This document shows positions 30,847-40,678 of a stretch of 64,000 bases of DNA, piece after piece; positions within the stretch are counted from its first letter, which is position 1; every line of letters starts with the position of its first letter. This DNA comes from Candidatus Binatia bacterium. Its GTDB lineage: Bacteria > Desulfobacterota > Binatia > UBA9968 > CAXXLF01. A program made the position numbers and the translations under genes. The notes beneath the pieces are model-generated. The model was given only the letters and a program-made list of their open reading frames with translations. It did not search any database and was not told the origin of the DNA. The stretch spans positions 736,001 to 800,000 of the forward strand of contig CAXXLF010000001.1 of the NCBI GenBank assembly GCA_963664015.2. The letters are read 5' to 3'.

Positions 30847-30914
30847 ACTTCTTTTTTATCCTCGCCTTTGAAAGTTTCTGTTGAATTCTAGATTACGGAA
30901 TAGGGAAACAGATG

Positions 30915-31135
30915 ACTCCCCTGTGGAATAGCGCTTCGGGTGAACAAGTCGAACTCGGTCGTGTCGGTATTTCACGGGGCGAGCCCCGTGAAATAATGCC
31001 ATGAATAAATAGATAACGCCTCTGTGGAATGGATATTCCACGGGGCGAGCCGCAAAGGCACAAAGGACGCCAAGTTCGGATAAATAGAAAAAATAATTTT
31101 CTTTGCGGGCTTTGCGACTTGGCGCAAAAAGATTT
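30915..31135. repeat. Composite REP-like palindromic element
   Basis: TATTTCACGGGGC-GA-GCCCCGTGAAATA hairpin, a second ATTCCACGGGGCGAG copy, CTGTGGAAT copies, and imperfect arms CGCAAAGGCACAAAGGACGCCAAG / CTTTGCGGGCTTTGCGACTTGGCG. Confidence 0.75.
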
Positions 31136-31173
31136 TTTGATATTCTTCTGTTGACCATTGTTTCAATAAGAAT

Positions 31174-32583
31174 CTAACGTCCTTTGCCGCCTGGTACGCT
31201 CAGAGTGATTCCATAGCGGTCCCAATCCCGCTCTACCTTGGCTCGAGCCTCGGCCTCGGGCTGACAGACAGCTGGAAAGCTCTTGGAATTGTAACGGGTA
31301 GCGTCGATGATCATCTTAGAACAGCGAGCGGGGCCCGCCTGTTCTTCCGGTGGCAAGGAGGGATCGAGAAAGATCCCCGTGACCTCCCGCAGGATCTCCA
31401 CATCACGGTGGGCCTGCACACGTGTAGCCACCGCCCACTCTACCGCCAGCGAGTCGGTGGGATCCACATCGTGGTCCACCACGGTCACGTGTTTAATGTG
31501 GCGCCCGCTGGGAGAACCCAGCACGGCCATCCCGACCATCTTGCCGTATCCCTCGTAGAGTTTCTCCACCGAGATAACCGCATGAAAGACACCACACCCC
31601 CCCTCGGGGAGATGAATTCCCCGGATGCCGGGCAGCTTGATGGCACGAAGGATCTCCGATTCCTTGCCGATCGCAGTCAGCACGTCGGTTTCATGGGGCG
31701 GAGCGCCTTGATAGGCCAGGTGCTGGATAAAATTCTTGCGATGGGTGATGGCCGTGATGTGAATCGTGGCACGGGGCAGTCTTGGACCGCCATAGTGACC
31801 GGTAAACTCTCCAAATGGACCTTCCTCGCGTTTTTCCGCAGGCCGAACCTCTCCTTCGATAACGATCTCTGCATCCGCAGGGACCTCCAACGGAACTGTT
31901 TTGCACTTGACCATCTCGATAGGTTTGCCGCGAAGCGCCCCGGCCATCGCGAGCTCATCGCTATCAAAAGGGAAAGGGGAGCAGGCAGCCATGACTACCC
32001 GGGGATCCGCCCCCATGGCAATTGCGACGGGAAACGGTTCATCGGGCGCCTGGCGATGCTGCAACATGATATGGGTATAAGGCCCCGACAGCAGTCCAAG
32101 GGTGTGATTATCATGCACCATGTTACGATAGACCCCTACATTGCGTTCGCCCGTGGTCGGGTCCTTGGTGATGTGGCACGAGAGGGTAAGGTAGGGACCA
32201 CCGTCACGTTCGTTTAATATGGGAGCCACGAGTTTGGTCAGGTCAGCCTCGTCTCCGAGCCAAACCTGTTCCTGACAGATTCCACTTTCGACGAGCACTG
32301 GAGGCAGTGGGTTGTTGGCACGACGGTTCCACACCTCATGGATCTCCTCTTGCTTGCACTCCATGGCCAGCGCGTAACGGCGCCGGGTCGCCAGCAGGTT
32401 GAATACGGTCGAAATATCTTTCCCTCCCGGCTTTTCGAACAGTAACGCCGGTCCGTATGCCTTCAGGCTCTTAACGCAGATCGCGCCAAGCTCCTGATTG
32501 AGATCGACAGGGATCTTCACACGAGCGAGTTCCCCCTCCTTTTCCAACAGGTCAATGAATTCGCGTAGTCCCTCAAAAGGCAT
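31174..32583 (-). CDS. UbiD family decarboxylase
   Basis: GPALLFE, DGGPY, NVGVYR, EGPFGEFTGHY, VDHDVD; catalytic Arg/Glu/Glu intact. Confidence 0.95.
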   Translation of the reverse strand: MPFEGLREFIDLLEKEGELARVKIPVDLNQELGAICVKSLKAYGPALLFEKPGGKDISTVFNLLATRRRYALAMECKQEEIHEVWNRRANNPLPPVLVESGICQEQVWLGDEADLTKLVAPILNERDGGPYLTLSCHITKDPTTGERNVGVYRNMVHDNHTLGLLSGPYTHIMLQHRQAPDEPFPVAIAMGADPRVVMAACSPFPFDSDELAMAGALRGKPIEMVKCKTVPLEVPADAEIVIEGEVRPAEKREEGPFGEFTGHYGGPRLPRATIHITAITHRKNFIQHLAYQGAPPHETDVLTAIGKESEILRAIKLPGIRGIHLPEGGCGVFHAVISVEKLYEGYGKMVGMAVLGSPSGRHIKHVTVVDHDVDPTDSLAVEWAVATRVQAHRDVEILREVTGIFLDPSLPPEEQAGPARCSKMIIDATRYNSKSFPAVCQPEAEARAKVERDWDRYGITLSVPGGKGR

Positions 32584-32624
32584 TTCTTACCTCCCATTAA
32601 AACCGGCCATGGACCGACACTTGC

Positions 32625-33746
32625 TCAACGACGGCGCATTACACTACGCAAGAACCCAACGACCTCATTACGTCGCATCACGTATTTTTCGGTGGACAAT
32701 TGGGGGTAGGTCATTCCCTCCGTCGGCACCAATTGTTCCAAAACGTGATCGTGGGGCACTCCACGCCGGAGACTAGCAAACCCTGAGCCCTTGCTCCACC
32801 GGATTTGACCTTCTGGCGAGAGGAGATAGTCGAGATAAACCATAAGGGCATTGGGGTGTGGCGGGTTTTTCATGGTGACCAGGGCCCCGTTTCCCGCCGT
32901 AATATAGGTCCCCTCTTTCATATCCTTGGGATTGAAATGCTTGAGCGGCAAACCCCTGCCGATCAGCTCGTTGGTCAAGACATCACTGGGGCCGATACCG
33001 ATGGGATTTTTACCCTTAGCGACAAAATCCAGGATCTGGCGGTCGTTCCCCGAGACCACCATGTTTTGACTGAACAGCTTCCGTATGAATTCCTTACCGA
33101 GGGAAGGGGTAATGTACCACAAGGTAGCGTTCCCCATCCCTCCCCCGGGCCTCGTGGGATCACGTAAGGCAATCTTATTCTTCCACTTGGGGTTCAAGAG
33201 GTCTTTCCATGACTTGATCCCGCTGGCGTCAACGACATCGGGGTTGTAGATGAACGGCGCCTTCACGTAGGCGCTCATGATGATAACGAATCTGCCAGCA
33301 CTATCCGCAAAGGTGTACTTTCCGCCGAGCCACGCTGACGCGTTTTTACTATTGGGACCGACGAGATGGGGCATGATGGGAGAAATGGCTTTGGCCGGCA
33401 TCAATCCCGTTATACCAGTAGTTGTACCCACCACCGCCAGGTCCGTCAGGAACTTCCGAGCTCCCTGCTCGTTGAGCACTCTTGCGGTGACCGTGGATCC
33501 CCGCATACCGCTGTGCTCCATCTTGATTTCGGGATACTTCTTCATGAATCCCCGGGTGAGTCCGTCTTTGGTCGCCGTGCCCTGCGGCCCAATTATTGAG
33601 ATTCGTCCTTCTTTCTTAGCCGCGGCCACGATCTTATCCCATTCCGCATCGGCCCACGCCGAAGCCGGTACGAGCAAAAGCCCGACCCCAAGAGCAAAAC
33701 TCAAGGCTGCAGCATAAAACATCGCAAATAAATTACCTCGCCTCAT
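32625..33746 (-). CDS. ABC transporter substrate-binding protein (AfuA/SBP_bac_6-like)
   Basis: Signal peptide, AAKKEG, DLLNPKWKNKI, PPHPNA. Confidence 0.92.
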   Translation of the reverse strand: MRRGNLFAMFYAAALSFALGVGLLLVPASAWADAEWDKIVAAAKKEGRISIIGPQGTATKDGLTRGFMKKYPEIKMEHSGMRGSTVTARVLNEQGARKFLTDLAVVGTTTGITGLMPAKAISPIMPHLVGPNSKNASAWLGGKYTFADSAGRFVIIMSAYVKAPFIYNPDVVDASGIKSWKDLLNPKWKNKIALRDPTRPGGGMGNATLWYITPSLGKEFIRKLFSQNMVVSGNDRQILDFVAKGKNPIGIGPSDVLTNELIGRGLPLKHFNPKDMKEGTYITAGNGALVTMKNPPHPNALMVYLDYLLSPEGQIRWSKGSGFASLRRGVPHDHVLEQLVPTEGMTYPQLSTEKYVMRRNEVVGFLRSVMRRR

Positions 33747-33798
33747 AGATGCACCCTCCTTAGTTAAATCGCTCCAAGTTTGGTTTCCAAGAAAATTC

Positions 33799-34903
33799 TT
33801 AGCGTCCCAGCGCTTTTCTTACAAAACTTACTATCTCAGGCTTCATGTCGATAGCGGCCTGGTCGTAGGTTTTGATCGATCCCGGGATTGGAACACGCCA
33901 GGGCGAATGGTCCGTAGGAACGTCCAGCCGGGCACTGATATACCCCGCCGCCTGAACGAAAGCGGTCTGGCCTTCCCTGGAGAGAAGCCAGTTCACATAG
34001 ACCTTGGCCGCGTTGGGATGGGGGGTCCGGGTAAAAACGGCGATGGACGCTGAGCCCGGGCTGATGTCCGAGCCTTCCTTGATCTTGCGCGGATCCACAA
34101 TGCGGATCGGTAGGCCCTGGGCAATCCTTGCCTCGGCCACAGAATCGGATGTCCCCGAGTAGGACCGGATACTTCTCCTGTCCAATGAGATCGATTTCTT
34201 GACGGTAATTCTTGATGATGAGTAGATTCTGGCGAGCCAGAGCACGAACAAATTCGGGGCCGAGAGCAGGGTGCATGTAAAAGAATCCGAAAGCCGCTTG
34301 ACCTGGGCCCGGTGTTCTGGGATCGTCGACAACGATCTTCCCCTTCCACTTTGGCTTCAACAGGTCTTTATACGACTTGATTTCCCCGGGCTTGACCAGT
34401 TTATTGCTCAGAAACAGTATGGCCCGTTGTGACGGCGCCATCACCAGCATTTGGCGGCCCGAATCGACGAATTCAATAGCACCGCCGCGCCAGTTCTTAG
34501 GATTTTTCACCTCGGCCGAGATGAGAAAGGGATCCATCGATTGAAACGCCCCCATGGGTATCAATGCCGTCAGGCCGGTCGTTGTCCCACCGATAAAGAC
34601 GTCCCACATGTAGTGACCAGCCCTCTGCTGGGCGCCGATCAGCGGTGAGGCACCGGAACCCCGTTCGCCCCGGTACTCGACTAAGATTCCGTATTTTTTC
34701 CGGAATGGCATAGTGAGGATATCCCGTCGATGAGACCCCGTCGGACCCATGACCGTGACCCGCCCCTCCTGTTGAGCGGCCTTCACGATGCCGTCCCAGT
34801 CCTGCTCTCCGGCAGCAATAGACACTCCCAAAACCGAAAGTCCTGTCACCAGGAATATCGTCCACAGGGTGACACTTAAAATAGAAAGGGTCTTCTTTTT
34901 CAT
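33799..34903 (-). pseudogene. ABC transporter substrate-binding protein, +1 frameshift near 34155
   Basis: An extra G in the run at 34153-34156. Removing it restores KYPVLLGTSDSVAEARI..PHPNAAKVYVNWLLS. Confidence 0.85.
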
Positions 34904-34985
34904 GAGGTAAATCTCCTATTGGATCAGACTAATCACCAAACACTTTTTTTAGAACGGCAGGCCCACCCATCACCCTACCAGTTTT

Positions 34986-36632
34986 TCACCGGCCGATAGC
35001 GATATCCTTTTTTTCAATATCGGCGGTAACTGTCTTCTGGCGCTGGGCGGTCTTCTCCCCCACCTCGTGATACTTCCCTTCTACGATGAGCCGTGCGAAT
35101 TCGACCTGCTCCTCGCTCCAATTACCCAAACTGTACCCGTGCCATGGCTCCCGTAGTCTGGGCTGTGGCAGCTCTTTATGCTCCGCCCACATGGCCATGG
35201 CTCGCTCCATGTACTGCTTTTCCGGCAATCCCACAGGGGCGTACGCCCACTTTCTCGTCGCATTGAACAAGACCCGGCTGTGGTGGTGGTTCTGGAGCAA
35301 CGAGGAGCCATAAACCATTTGGCCATGACCCGAACCAGGGGGTGTACCAGAAGGGTCAAGAGCGGGGTTGCGGCCATGAATGATCTCAACGTCTAACTCG
35401 GGCCGGCATCGATAGGACATGGCCCAAAGGATCGCATCCTGGTCTCTAACATCGATATCACTGTCCACAATCACGATGTATTTGGAGCCTCCCATCAAAC
35501 CGGCTGCGGCATGGAGTACCGTCCAAGGGTCTACCCCCCTCTGGGGCTGCATTCGAATCAGGCACCATTCTCTGCCTCCGGTGCTGTCGGGAAAATGGAT
35601 GTCTTCTATAGGATAACCGGCACCGTAGCGGAGGTGATCGTACAACATGGCCGGATAGGTAAAGCTCAAAATCGTGTTGGAGTCGCTAGGATACATCCCA
35701 ACGGTGATCGGGGTAAAGATCGCGTTCTTCCGGTGGGTGATGGCCGTTACCTTGATGACGGGCAGGTAAGTTGATTCCGTCGACATGTAACCCGGGTATT
35801 CACCAAAGGGCGTGAGTTCCTCCGTGGTCTCAGTGGACATGAGGCCCTCGATGACGATCTCCGCAGTAGCCGGAACCTCCAGGGGAATCGTCTTGCACTT
35901 GACCAACTCCACCGGCTCACCCATGATCCCGCCAGCGACGGCCAGCTCATCGAATCTTCCGTAGGGGATGGGGGCTGAGGCCACGATCATGATGATCGGA
36001 GTCACTCCGATAACGATGGCCACCGGTAAAGGCTCCTTCCTTTGCCTCGCCTTGGGCCAGTGATAGGCCATGGCGTCATGAAAGACAGCCGAGCCCGACA
36101 CAATGCGGTCTCGTGCACGAAAGAAACCGTTATAGGCCCCCACATTGCGCATCCCCGTCTCAGGATCTTTGGTTATCATCGGGGTCCCTGTACGAATCAT
36201 GCAGCTGAAGCCGGGCTCCTCCACCGGAGCGGGCAACTCGTCAAGGCCCAACTCGGTAAGCTCTTTTCCCGTGTGCACTACTTCATGGACGGGACCGTCC
36301 TTGACCACGATGGGCTCGATGGGGTGAGCGATGCCTTCGTGCCACTTGTCCAGGGCCTCCCGCATGGACTCACAGCCCATGCCCCAGGCGACAAAATCCG
36401 GCGTGGCTCCGTAAACACCGGTGGCGACTCGCATAGGAAAGCGCTTCCCGTCGGCTCCTCTAACGTCATTGAACTGTAAAATTTTACGTTCTCCTTCGGG
36501 TAGACCACGCATCTGGACCCGAAACAGAGGCATCAGTTCCGTCTCTTTGTTGACTGGCTCAGTAAATATGTGCAGACGACCTCGCCGCTCAACTTCCGCC
36601 ATAAACTCCCTGAGGTCTTTATAGTATGGCAT
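34986..36632 (-). CDS. Divergent UbiD family protein
   Basis: YKDLREF, ITKDPETGMRNVG, PATAEIVIEG, PFGEYPGY, IVDSDID; C-terminal extension; start ATG 36632. Confidence 0.9.
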   Translation of the reverse strand: MPYYKDLREFMAEVERRGRLHIFTEPVNKETELMPLFRVQMRGLPEGERKILQFNDVRGADGKRFPMRVATGVYGATPDFVAWGMGCESMREALDKWHEGIAHPIEPIVVKDGPVHEVVHTGKELTELGLDELPAPVEEPGFSCMIRTGTPMITKDPETGMRNVGAYNGFFRARDRIVSGSAVFHDAMAYHWPKARQRKEPLPVAIVIGVTPIIMIVASAPIPYGRFDELAVAGGIMGEPVELVKCKTIPLEVPATAEIVIEGLMSTETTEELTPFGEYPGYMSTESTYLPVIKVTAITHRKNAIFTPITVGMYPSDSNTILSFTYPAMLYDHLRYGAGYPIEDIHFPDSTGGREWCLIRMQPQRGVDPWTVLHAAAGLMGGSKYIVIVDSDIDVRDQDAILWAMSYRCRPELDVEIIHGRNPALDPSGTPPGSGHGQMVYGSSLLQNHHHSRVLFNATRKWAYAPVGLPEKQYMERAMAMWAEHKELPQPRLREPWHGYSLGNWSEEQVEFARLIVEGKYHEVGEKTAQRQKTVTADIEKKDIAIGR

Positions 36633-36694
36633 CCCCTTCGTCTCCTTCCTCTTATCCTTTAACACAAGTCGTCATACAGAATTCACACTAATCC

Positions 36695-37786
36695 TTACCT
36701 CTTCATAATCTCTCTGAGCAGTCCCAACATAAGTGGCTTCGATTTCATTGCCTCTTCGGTATAGGTCCGGAGGCCCCCCTTCATCGGGTGGCGCCAGGAT
36801 TCTATGTGATCCTGAGGAATATCGTTCCGAAGGCTGGAAATGCCCGTGACTCTACTAAATTGTGTCTGCCCTTCCTTTGAGAGAATCCAGTTGATATAGA
36901 CCTTGGCTGCATTGGGATGGGGCGCTTTATTGACCAACATCAGACTGGCAGGACCCGGGCTTAAAGGTCCCCCTTCCTTCAACTGTTGGGGCGGAATCAT
37001 TGCGATGGGCACTCCCCGATTCATCAGATCCCTCGTCACCGTTTCAGCAGGCCCGAGCAGAATACTGAATTTCCCCTTACCCAGCATGTCGAGGGACTGA
37101 CGGTCATTGCGTAGAATCGTTAGGTTCTGCTTCATCAAAGCCCGGATGAAGTCGGGACCTAGCTGTGGATTCAGATAAAAGAACGTGAAAATGGATTGTC
37201 CGGGCCCCGGGCCCCGGGGGTCTCGGCCTACAATGATTTTCCCCTTCCACTTGGGATCCAAAAGATCCCTGAAGGCTTTAAACTCCTTGCCATTTACGAG
37301 TTTAGTGTTGATCACAAAGGCAGGTCTAGTCGTCAGTCCCAAGAGCAGATCGTAACGACGTGTCTTATCGGCGTACCAGAGGCCTCCATTCCGCCAATTT
37401 TTGGATTCCTTCACTTCAGGGAGAATCAACGCAGACGTAATCGGGTCCAAGGCGCCAGCGGGTATCATACCCGTAATGGCAGTAGTCGTCCCCTGAACAA
37501 AAACATCCCATAGGTATTTACCAGCGCGCCGCTCCCTCATTACACGGGGGATCATTTGCGACCCTCTCGCCGCCAGGTAGTTAACCCTCAAGCCATATTT
37601 TTTCTCGAACGGCAGAGTAAGGACCCGACGAAAATCGGCCCCAACCGTCGCACCCACAGAGACTGTGCCTTCTTTTTTCGCCGCCTGCAGGGTCTGTTCC
37701 CACTCTCCCGTCCAGCCATGGGTCGCGCTGACAAAGACCAAAATGGCGGCAAATGACATGAGAACAAAGCGATCTTTTCGAATCAT
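36695..37786 (-). CDS. ABC transporter substrate-binding protein (AfuA/SBP_bac_6-like)
   Basis: Signal peptide, AAKKEG, DLLDPKWKGKI, APHPNAAKVYINW; RBS GAGGAG before ATG 37786. Confidence 0.92.
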   Translation of the reverse strand: MIRKDRFVLMSFAAILVFVSATHGWTGEWEQTLQAAKKEGTVSVGATVGADFRRVLTLPFEKKYGLRVNYLAARGSQMIPRVMRERRAGKYLWDVFVQGTTTAITGMIPAGALDPITSALILPEVKESKNWRNGGLWYADKTRRYDLLLGLTTRPAFVINTKLVNGKEFKAFRDLLDPKWKGKIIVGRDPRGPGPGQSIFTFFYLNPQLGPDFIRALMKQNLTILRNDRQSLDMLGKGKFSILLGPAETVTRDLMNRGVPIAMIPPQQLKEGGPLSPGPASLMLVNKAPHPNAAKVYINWILSKEGQTQFSRVTGISSLRNDIPQDHIESWRHPMKGGLRTYTEEAMKSKPLMLGLLREIMKR

Positions 37787-37864
37787 GACTTTTCTCCTCT
37801 CCAAGCAGAAAAAGCAATGTTGGATTAGTATCTTAGGCCGTGTTTGGAACGAATTAGCTAGTTG

Positions 37865-37950
37865 CTCTAATAGTACGTTTCGGCTCGGTCTGTCAACCTA
37901 ACGATTTTGTCTCCAACTCTTGACAAGATGACCCCGCTCCACCTAGTTTC
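37865..37950. promoter_or_regulatory. Back-to-back putative sigma70 promoters for the SBP/UbiD operon and the Rieske operon
   Basis: Minus-strand TTGACA at 37891-37896; plus-strand TTGACA at 37920-37925 with TAGTTT 18 nt downstream. Confidence 0.5.
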
Positions 37951-38072
37951 GTAATTGTCTAGATCAATCTTCGGGGGGATTAACATCCTGCAAGTTAAGG
38001 GATAGAATTTAAAAAAAGGGCATTGTGAGAACCGAAGGCGAACGCCCGGCTAAGAGGACCAAAGAAGGAGAG

Positions 38073-39383
38073 ATGGCGACCGAGAATGACGACATACTGA
38101 CACGGACGGATCCAGGAACTCCATGCGGGGAGTTGATACGGCGCTACTGGCAGCCCGCGGCACTATCCGAGGAGCTGCCGACGGGTGGAGCTCCCCTGTC
38201 GGTTCGGTTGCTTGGTGAAGATCTGGTCCTTTTTCGTGATGAATCCGGAGACATCGGCCTCCTGGGGCTCCATTGCTGCCACCGTGGGGCGGACTTGAGT
38301 TACGGCCGCGTAGAGGACGGCGGCCTGAGGTGTATTTACCATGGCTGGCTCTACGATATTCACGGCCATTGCATTGATCAACCGGGAGAGCCCAATGGAA
38401 GGACACAACAACAAAAGATTCGCCATAAAGCCTACCCGTGCGTTGAGCGCAACGGTCTTATCTTTGCCTACTTGGGTCCAGGCGAACCGCCCCTGCTTCC
38501 CAACTATGAGTTCTTAGTCAATCCGGAAGAACACGTGTTCGTCACCAAGATCTTCAGCGAGTGCAATTACCTCCAGGCGAACGAGGGCAACATCGACCTG
38601 CTCCACGTATCGTTCCTCCATTACAGCAGCCGGGATCTGATGATCGAGAACAGCGCCAATCGCCAGGGAGTCGCCGGTTCTGTGGATGCACTGTGTCCCA
38701 GGGGATCGGCCCCGGAGATGGAGACGACAGAAGCCGAAATCGTCGACATCGGTTTACGCGTCTGCAAAATCCGGAACCTCGATCGGGACAACCTTTACAT
38801 TCGCGTGGGGACGCTGGTCCTCCCCAACCTATACGCTTTCCCCGCCGGCGGTTTGAACTGGCATGTCCCCATCGACGACACGCACCATTGGAAATACATC
38901 GTCTCGTTCGACCGGGACAAGCCCTACGACAAAGAGGCCATGCGTCGTAATCGCGACTCCTTTACCCCACCTCCGGACTACAGGCCGGTTTTGAACCGAT
39001 CCAACCGCTACCGCCAGGACCGCGCGTCCCTGAAGGCGGACAGTTATAGCGGAATCGATAAGATGAACTTTCCGGCCCAGGATCTATGCGTGACTGAAGG
39101 CGCAGGCCCTATCCAGGATCGTTCCAAAGAACACCTCATGGCCTCCGATGGACCCTTGGTGGCTGGCCGTAAGCTTCTCCATAGCGCCATTAGGGAGGTC
39201 TTGGACGGACACGATCCACCTGCCGTCGTGCATGACCCGGCAAAGAATAATTTCTCGACCATCGTCGCCACCAACGGCGTGATCCCTAAGTCTCAGGGCT
39301 GGAAGAACTACTGCCGGAAGTTGGTCACTGAGGGTCGTGGATGGGTCGGCAGGCCGAGCCTGACGGACCCGTTAGCTAAATAA
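38073..39383 (+). CDS. Rieske non-heme iron oxygenase alpha subunit (phthalate 4,5-dioxygenase/LigXa-like)
   Basis: Rieske CCHRGADL..CIYHGW; mononuclear Fe site EGNIDLLHVSFLH and QD; HVPIDD. Confidence 0.93.
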   Translation: MATENDDILTRTDPGTPCGELIRRYWQPAALSEELPTGGAPLSVRLLGEDLVLFRDESGDIGLLGLHCCHRGADLSYGRVEDGGLRCIYHGWLYDIHGHCIDQPGEPNGRTQQQKIRHKAYPCVERNGLIFAYLGPGEPPLLPNYEFLVNPEEHVFVTKIFSECNYLQANEGNIDLLHVSFLHYSSRDLMIENSANRQGVAGSVDALCPRGSAPEMETTEAEIVDIGLRVCKIRNLDRDNLYIRVGTLVLPNLYAFPAGGLNWHVPIDDTHHWKYIVSFDRDKPYDKEAMRRNRDSFTPPPDYRPVLNRSNRYRQDRASLKADSYSGIDKMNFPAQDLCVTEGAGPIQDRSKEHLMASDGPLVAGRKLLHSAIREVLDGHDPPAVVHDPAKNNFSTIVATNGVIPKSQGWKNYCRKLVTEGRGWVGRPSLTDPLAK

Positions 39384-39415
39384 GACTTTATCAAACACAC
39401 CTTAAGGAAGAAACA

Positions 39416-40642
39416 ATGGCAGATATATTAAGACTGGGAATCGTAGGACTGGGCATGGGTGCCGGCAGGGTTATCCCCGAGATCGCCAACCTTCCCTATA
39501 TCCGGCTAACCGCCGGCGCCGACGTTCGCCCCCACGCGGCCAAGCAGTTTCGAGAAGACTTTGGCGCCGAGGCTTACGAGAGCGTGGAGGAGATGTGCCA
39601 AAGTCCCAACGTCGACGCGGTCTATGTCTGCACCCCCCATGAATACCACGCCGAACATACGATCATCGCGCTGAAAAACAAAAAACACGTCATCGTGGAA
39701 AAACCTATGGCCGTTTCCATCGAGGAATGTGAAGCCATGAACCAGGCGGCGGAAGCCAATGGGGTGAAGCTCCTGTGCGGGCATACCCACAGCTTCGACC
39801 CACCGGTTCAAAAGATGGCTCAGGTCATTCGAGGCGGCGCCCTGGGCAAGCCACTCATGATCAACAGCTCCTATTATAAAAACTTCATTTACCGCCCCTT
39901 CTCAGATCACGATGTGAGCATGAGCCGCGGTATCGTCTTGAATCAGGGCCCCCATCAGGTCGATATCGTACGTTTACTGGGGGGCGGCCGGGTACGCAGT
40001 GTTCGGGCCATGGCCGGTGTGGGAGATCCAAGCCGAGGGAAACCACGGCCTGCGGAAGGCCACTACGTCTGCTATCTGGAGTTCGAGGACGGACTGCCCG
40101 CCAGCCTTGTTTTTAGCGGCTACGCCTATCTGGATTCGGCTGAGCTGGTTTGGGGTATAGGTGAAGGAGGACAACAGGTCGATCCCGAAGCCTTTGTCGG
40201 GGCCCACCGCTTTTTTAAAGAGATCGGCACCGGACCAGACCGGCAAAAGAAGATGGAGGAGTTGCTCGAATCTTGGCGCTACGGGGGCGCTAATGTAGGG
40301 GAATGGTTCCACGCCGGCAGTTCGGGGGCAATGCCCGGCAAGCGGCACCAGCCTTTCTTCGGTCTGACTATCGTGACCGGCGAAAAAGGCGACTTGCGTC
40401 AGTCGCCCGACGGGCTTTACCTTTACACGGAAGAAGGGCGCAGTGAGATTCCTATAGAGGCGGGCGCCCATGGTCGCGAGGCTGAGATGCGAGAACTATA
40501 CGAAGGCGTGATGGAGGGCCGCCCTATCTTCCACGACGGCCGATGGGGGGAAGCGACCATGGAAGTCTGTCTTGCGATCCTTCAGTCCACGGAAGAAAAA
40601 CGTGAGATCCTGATGTCCCATCAGGTCCCGGTACCGGTTTAG
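39416..40642 (+). CDS. Gfo/Idh/MocA oxidoreductase, phthalate cis-4,5-dihydrodiol dehydrogenase (OphB/Pht4)-like
   Basis: GIVGLG, VEKPMA, GHTHSFDPP, FIYRP, HQVDIVRLLGGGRVRSVRA; follows the Rieske gene. Confidence 0.88.
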   Translation: MADILRLGIVGLGMGAGRVIPEIANLPYIRLTAGADVRPHAAKQFREDFGAEAYESVEEMCQSPNVDAVYVCTPHEYHAEHTIIALKNKKHVIVEKPMAVSIEECEAMNQAAEANGVKLLCGHTHSFDPPVQKMAQVIRGGALGKPLMINSSYYKNFIYRPFSDHDVSMSRGIVLNQGPHQVDIVRLLGGGRVRSVRAMAGVGDPSRGKPRPAEGHYVCYLEFEDGLPASLVFSGYAYLDSAELVWGIGEGGQQVDPEAFVGAHRFFKEIGTGPDRQKKMEELLESWRYGGANVGEWFHAGSSGAMPGKRHQPFFGLTIVTGEKGDLRQSPDGLYLYTEEGRSEIPIEAGAHGREAEMRELYEGVMEGRPIFHDGRWGEATMEVCLAILQSTEEKREILMSHQVPVPV

Positions 40643-40678
40643 ACCGGCGCAAGAGAAACTACAGCGAGGAGAACGAGT

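Noticed and set aside
8812-31135. CRISPR array in the repeat-rich intergenic regions (8.8-9.2 kb and 30.9-31.1 kb)
   Set aside because: The repeats are inverted and nested rather than regularly spaced direct repeats with unique spacers, and there are no cas genes.
30856-31166. ORFs 30856-31158 and 30972-31166
   Set aside because: They are translations of the palindromic repeat element (PVEY/FHGA words) with no protein-family signal.
19426-34156. Programmed frameshifting or phase variation at the G-runs near 19427 and 34155
   Set aside because: The runs are only 3-4 nt with no slippery heptamer or clear stimulator; mutation or sequencing error is simpler.
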